From positions 11,536 through 75,535 of the forward strand of contig JBMFKS010000001.1 of NCBI GenBank assembly GCA_049972045.1: 64,000 bases of DNA, read 5' to 3'. Source of the stretch: Anaerolineae bacterium (GTDB lineage Bacteria > Chloroflexota > Anaerolineae > B4-G1 > DUEL01). Below are positions 60,188 through 64,000 of the stretch, piece after piece (position 1 is the stretch's first letter; every line of letters begins with the position of its first letter). The notes below the pieces were generated by a model that saw only the letters and a program-made list of their open reading frames with translations, was not told where the DNA came from and ran no database searches. The translations under genes and the position numbers were made by a program.

Positions 60188-61570
60188 CTACCCCCGAACC
60201 ATCACCAGGCCGCTGGGGCGCCGGGGCGGGCGCTTTCCCTCCGGCTGGGCTGGCCGCATCGTCCGGGCCATTTCCAGGGCGCGCGCGGCCCTCTGGGCGA
60301 CCTCCTCCCCCCGGGCCTGCATGTCCTGCACGACTCGCTCCAGGAACGCCAGGAACGAGTCGTTGAGCATCTGCGAGTTCGCCTCCAGAACCTGCCGCAT
60401 CGCCTCCTCGTCCGGTGCCTCCAGCAATCCGGTCAGCAAGCGCAGTTCCGGCGGCACCTGCTCCTGCAGCAGGCGCATCACCAGTTGCCAGACCGCCTGC
60501 AGGCGGGAGAGGGTCTCCTGGTCGCCAGCCTGCTGAGCGCCCTCCATCTCGGAGGCCAGGACGTTCAGGAACAGGTCATCCAGTTCCACCAGCCGACGGC
60601 GGGCCAGGAGTTCCGGTTGCTCCGAAGTCAGCAGGTCCCGCAGCAGGCGTAGTTTGGTCTGTACTTCCTCCCGGGCCTGGGCCCGGATTTGCTCCCGAAT
60701 CCCCATGACCTCTTCCCGCAGGGCCTCCAGTCGTTTGCGTGCCTCCTCATCCGTTTCGCTCTCTATGCGACGGGTCAGTTTCTGGAAGAAGAGATAATCC
60801 ACCAACGGCTGCCCGAAGGTGATCAGCACCGCGCGGGTCGCCGGGTCTTCGGTCTCCACCAGTAGGTCCAGCAGTTTCTCCCGGGTGGGCTCGGCCTGCA
60901 GGGCCTGAAGCGTGCGGGAGCGGGCGGCCAGTTTGCGGCCCACCGCCGTCTGCTCCAGGAGCAGCGCGCGCACTTCCATCAGTCGCTGGAAGGCATCGGT
61001 CAGCCCCATCGCGTCGGCCTGCTCCAGGTTGAGGGAGAGGATGCGGAAGAAACTCTCGTCCAGCATCGCCTCGTTTTCCCGGACGAGGGCCATGCGCTCC
61101 TCGGTCGTGGACGCTTCCAGCAGCCGCTTCAGCAGGTCCGCCCGGTCCCGCTGGGCCTGGATCATCTCCGGCGTGACGCCGTCGGCCTCCAGCACCCGGT
61201 TGACCAGACTCTCGTAGGTGAGGAAAACCTGGGGGCTGAGCAGGTAACTCTTCCGCTGCTCCTGGGGGAGCGTGCTCATCACGGCGCGGGAGAGAGCGCC
61301 AATGGCCTGCTGCCGCTCCATGTCGGTCCGTCCGGCCGCCATGGGCATGTAGACCAGCGCCAGTTCCTTGCGCGGGTCATGGTAAATGAAGGGGACCTCC
61401 AGAATGCTGGCGAACCCGCACGCGGGGCAGATGGCCAGGTTGACCTGACCCGCCACCAGGCGGGCTTTGGCCGACGGGTCCATCTCTACATCCAGGACCT
61501 GCTCTATGGGGATACCGAAGGTTGTTCGGCAGTTGGGACAAGTCACTCGGGCCAGAAGTCGTTGAGCCAT
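60188..61570 (-). CDS. CpXC-domain zinc-ribbon protein with long helical C-terminal region (hypothetical)
   Basis: MAQRLLARVTCPNCRTTFGIPIEQ...ICPACGFASILEVPFIYHD has the CpXC-type arrangement. The rest is Leu/Glu/Arg-rich helical. Confidence 0.5.
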   Translation of the reverse strand: MAQRLLARVTCPNCRTTFGIPIEQVLDVEMDPSAKARLVAGQVNLAICPACGFASILEVPFIYHDPRKELALVYMPMAAGRTDMERQQAIGALSRAVMSTLPQEQRKSYLLSPQVFLTYESLVNRVLEADGVTPEMIQAQRDRADLLKRLLEASTTEERMALVRENEAMLDESFFRILSLNLEQADAMGLTDAFQRLMEVRALLLEQTAVGRKLAARSRTLQALQAEPTREKLLDLLVETEDPATRAVLITFGQPLVDYLFFQKLTRRIESETDEEARKRLEALREEVMGIREQIRAQAREEVQTKLRLLRDLLTSEQPELLARRRLVELDDLFLNVLASEMEGAQQAGDQETLSRLQAVWQLVMRLLQEQVPPELRLLTGLLEAPDEEAMRQVLEANSQMLNDSFLAFLERVVQDMQARGEEVAQRAARALEMARTMRPAQPEGKRPPRRPSGLVMVRG

Positions 61571-61657
61571 TTTCCTCCTTTGAAGAGTTCGTTTTCACCC
61601 AAAGGACCCAGAGACAGAAAGCGTTCTTTCCTGGTGCCCTGGCATCTTTGTGGGAGT

Positions 61658-63244
61658 TTAACCGAAAGGCACCGGGAGGCGGTCGCGGGGGGGGCGGGGA
61701 AGGCTAAAGGAGAAGGTGGCGCCTTTCCCCGGCTCACTTTCCACCCAGATACGCCCCCCGTGGGCCTCCACAATGGCCCGGGCCAGGTACAGCCCCAGGC
61801 CAACGCCCCCTGCCTGCCGGACGGGCGCCTCGTCCACCCGGTAGAAGGGATCAAAGATGCGGCCCTGTTCCGTCACGGGGATGCCGATGCCCTCGTCGCT
61901 GACCGAAACGACCACTTCCTCGGGCCGGACCTCCCCCCGGATGCGGATCCGTCCGCCCTCCGGCGAGTACTTGATGGCGTTGGAGACCAGGTTGTTCAGC
62001 ACCTGCTCCAGGCGCAGGGGGTCCCCCTGGACGGTGGGAAAGTCCGGCGGGAAACGGACAGCGATGTCGTGCCGGTCGGTCTGGGGCTGGAACCGCTGGG
62101 CGACCCGTCGGGCCAGTACCTCCAGGTCCACCTCCTCCTGCTGGAGCGGCAACGCCCGGGCCTGGATGCGGGAAGCGTCCAGCAGGTCGGTGATCAGACG
62201 GTCCAGCCGTCGGGCCTCCTCCTGGATGACCCCGGCCAGTTCCCGGACGGTCCCCGCGTCCCACTGGGCGTCCGGGCGGGCCAGGGTCTCGGCGTACCCC
62301 AGAATGGTCGCCACCGGCGTCTTCAGTTCGTGGGAGACGACGGAGACGAAGGTGGACTTGAGCCGGTCCGCCTCCCGGAAGCGGGTGATGTCCCGCACGT
62401 TGGCGATGATGTTGACCAGTTTTCCCTCCCGGTCCAGGAGGGGGGCATAGGTGATGCCCACGCTGAGGACGCCACCGGTCCGACGGCGCAGGTCTCCCTC
62501 CACATAGAGCACCGTCTTCCCGCGGGACTGGGCCAGGGGCCAGCCGCCCGCAGTGGCCCGGCTCAGGTCCATCTCCGTATCCCGCCGCGCCCACTGGATG
62601 ACCTCGTCGTGGTGGCGGCCGATGGCCTCCGCCGCCGACCAGCCGGTCATCTCCGCCAGCGCGCGGTTGAAGACGGTGATGCGCTGGCCGGGGTCCAGGA
62701 TCATCACCCCGTCGGCACTGTGCTCCAGGATGGCGTCCAGACGACGCTTCTCCTGGGCCAGCCGCTGGTACAACTGGGCGTTGTGGACGGCGATGGCGGC
62801 CTGGTCGGCGAAACTGGCCAGGACCTGCCGGTCGTCGGCCGTGAAGGCCGCGCCGTAGGCCCGAATGACGTAGAGGACGCCGATCAGTTCCTGCCCGATG
62901 CGCATCGGCAGGGCGATGATCTGGCTGAAGGGAAGGCCGGTCCGCAGGGCAACCTCTGCCAGTTTCGCCTCCAGGTCGGGGATGTGGAAGAGAAACGGGT
63001 CCACCTGGTTGGGAATGTCTGCCAGGAGGAGGGAAAAGTAGTCCTGGAGGCGAGAGGGAAAGCCGCGCGCGGCGCGAATGGTGAACCGCCCGTCCAGTTC
63101 CCGGACGGCGATGAGGGCCGCCTGCCCGCCCAGCATCTCCATAGCCGCCTTCAGCACCTCCGAGAGGACGGTATCCAGGTCCAGTTGGGCGGTCAGCGCG
63201 CGGCTGATTTTCAGCAGATAGTCCCGCTGGCGAATCCAGTACAT
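61658..63244 (-). CDS. sensor histidine kinase (GAF + PAS + HisKA + HATPase_c)
   Basis: HisKA SHELKTPVATILGYAETL. HATPase N-, G1- and G2-boxes (NNLVSNAIKYS...DEGIGIP...GGVGLGL). Confidence 0.8.
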   Translation of the reverse strand: MYWIRQRDYLLKISRALTAQLDLDTVLSEVLKAAMEMLGGQAALIAVRELDGRFTIRAARGFPSRLQDYFSLLLADIPNQVDPFLFHIPDLEAKLAEVALRTGLPFSQIIALPMRIGQELIGVLYVIRAYGAAFTADDRQVLASFADQAAIAVHNAQLYQRLAQEKRRLDAILEHSADGVMILDPGQRITVFNRALAEMTGWSAAEAIGRHHDEVIQWARRDTEMDLSRATAGGWPLAQSRGKTVLYVEGDLRRRTGGVLSVGITYAPLLDREGKLVNIIANVRDITRFREADRLKSTFVSVVSHELKTPVATILGYAETLARPDAQWDAGTVRELAGVIQEEARRLDRLITDLLDASRIQARALPLQQEEVDLEVLARRVAQRFQPQTDRHDIAVRFPPDFPTVQGDPLRLEQVLNNLVSNAIKYSPEGGRIRIRGEVRPEEVVVSVSDEGIGIPVTEQGRIFDPFYRVDEAPVRQAGGVGLGLYLARAIVEAHGGRIWVESEPGKGATFSFSLPRPPRDRLPVPFG

Positions 63245-63278
63245 AGACCACAGACGATGGACAATGGACGACGGACGG
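63245..63278. repeat. STRR-like heptanucleotide tandem repeat (x5)
   Basis: agaccacagacgatggacaatggacgacggacgg abuts the histidine-kinase start codon (63244). Confidence 0.55.
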
Positions 63279-63304
63279 CTAACCCCTAACGGCTAACGGC
63301 TACT

Positions 63305-63432
63305 GGTCAGTCAAGTTTATACTTATGGGTCCGAATGGCCGACGCGGCCAAGGGCCCACCAGGCGTAGGGCAACTGTGAGCAGTTGCCCTACTGGAGGGC
63401 GCAAAGACCCACAAAAGGGCTGTTGACAAACC
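63305..63432 (+). repeat. MITE-like repeat element, copy C
   Basis: Near-identical to copy A (15721-15848), including GGGCAACTGtgagCAGTTGCCC and the terminal ttgacaaacc. Confidence 0.65.
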
Positions 63433-63444
63433 CCTACACCCCCC

Positions 63445-64000
63445 TCAACGCAGATAGAGCAGAGGGTCCACCGGCACTCCGTTATGGCGAAGTTCAAAGT
63501 GCAGATGCGGGCCGCTGGAGCGGCCGGTACTGCCGGCTGCGCCGATGATCTCCCCCTGACGCACTTCCTGACCGACGATGACGGCAAAGGCCGAGAGATG
63601 GGCGTACCAGGACTGCCAGCCGTCGGCGTGGTCTATGACGACCAGGTTGCCGTAGCCGCCGGAGGCGTCGGCGAAGGAGACCACCCCGTCGGCTGTGGCG
63701 AAGATGGGGTCGTGGAGAGCCGCCGCAATATCCAGCCCGATGTGGCGGGGGTTGGACGGGTCGTGGAAGTACCAGCCCGAGATGGCCCGCCGGGGCGCCG
63801 GCCAGGCGAAGCCGGAACTGCCTGTGGGGAGTTCTTCCAGCGGCCAGCCCGCGGGCGGCCCGCCGCGGTAGACCTCCGGGCGGGTCAGATAGCGCTCCCC
63901 GGATAGGGTGACCAGCAGGGTATAGCGGCCCGGCGTGCCCGAGAGCGCCTCCAGCCGCAGGAGATACGATCCGGTCTGGGGGAGTTCCCGCTCCACGATG
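63445..64000 (-). CDS. M23-family (LytM-type) peptidase, C-terminal part (5' end beyond window)
   Basis: HIGLDIA...GYGNLVVIDHADGWQSWYAHL...GSTGRSSGPHLHFELR carries the M23 HxxxD and HxH motifs. Confidence 0.75.
   Translation of the reverse strand, partial: IVERELPQTGSYLLRLEALSGTPGRYTLLVTLSGERYLTRPEVYRGGPPAGWPLEELPTGSSGFAWPAPRRAISGWYFHDPSNPRHIGLDIAAALHDPIFATADGVVSFADASGGYGNLVVIDHADGWQSWYAHLSAFAVIVGQEVRQGEIIGAAGSTGRSSGPHLHFELRHNGVPVDPLLYLR

Noticed and set aside
57251-60652. 1133-aa ORF on the plus strand spanning the DUF885 start, the TPP enzyme and the CpXC gene
   Set aside because: It is antisense to three genes that have clear conserved motifs on the minus strand. It is an Arg/Gly/Pro-rich low-complexity translation typical of stop-codon-poor frames in 67% GC DNA. 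It has no recognisable domain.

Overview
This 64-kb window is a GC-rich (~65-68% GC) bacterial chromosomal segment. It holds about 55 credible protein genes and one tRNA-Lys(TTT). It has no rRNA and no CRISPR array. Much of it is core-type content:
- ybaB-recR
- a MOP-like [2Fe-2S]-molybdopterin oxidoreductase
- dispersed complex I genes nuoB / fused nuoCD / nuoI
- lexA with a box (CGAACATCCGTTCG) overlapping its own start codon
- recN, lepA, the livKHMGF transporter and miaA
- PTS man-family EIIB / fused EIICD / HPr
- two large GAF histidine kinases

Between these sit clear accessory insertions:
- an IS4/IS701-like transposase remnant
- a lower-GC stand-alone OLD/ABC-type P-loop ATPase wedged between nuoB and nuoCD
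- a lower-GC type II R-M pair after livF
- a formate/nitrite-transporter::receiver-domain fusion

The most notable feature is a compact minus-strand operon (52669 -> 49209). It encodes three RAMP/Cas7-family proteins (Cmr1-like, Cmr6-like, Cmr4-like) and a Cmr5/Cas11-like small subunit. It runs straight into miaA with overlapping reading frames. No cas10, cmr3/cas5, cas6, cas1/cas2 or CRISPR array is present anywhere in the 64 kb. This looks like a Cas10-less, array-less, unfused RNA-targeting RAMP module and is my top candidate for an undescribed system.

Intergenic DNA is unusually repeat-rich:
- a ~100-130 bp MITE-like element with a perfect 9-bp hairpin (3 copies)
- STRR-like heptanucleotide (GGACGAC)n tracts abutting four start codons
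- a (GGAGUAG/GAAGUAG)9 tract spanning the cmr4 stop and cmr5 RBS
- GC-rich ~150-bp repeats
- CACGRAW clusters
- recurring perfect palindromic terminator hairpins

Taxon cannot be established from sequence alone. The gene content (fused NuoCD, DUF512, TIGR03936/TIGR03960, Arg-rich proteins) is compatible with a Chloroflexota-like thermophile, but that is a guess.
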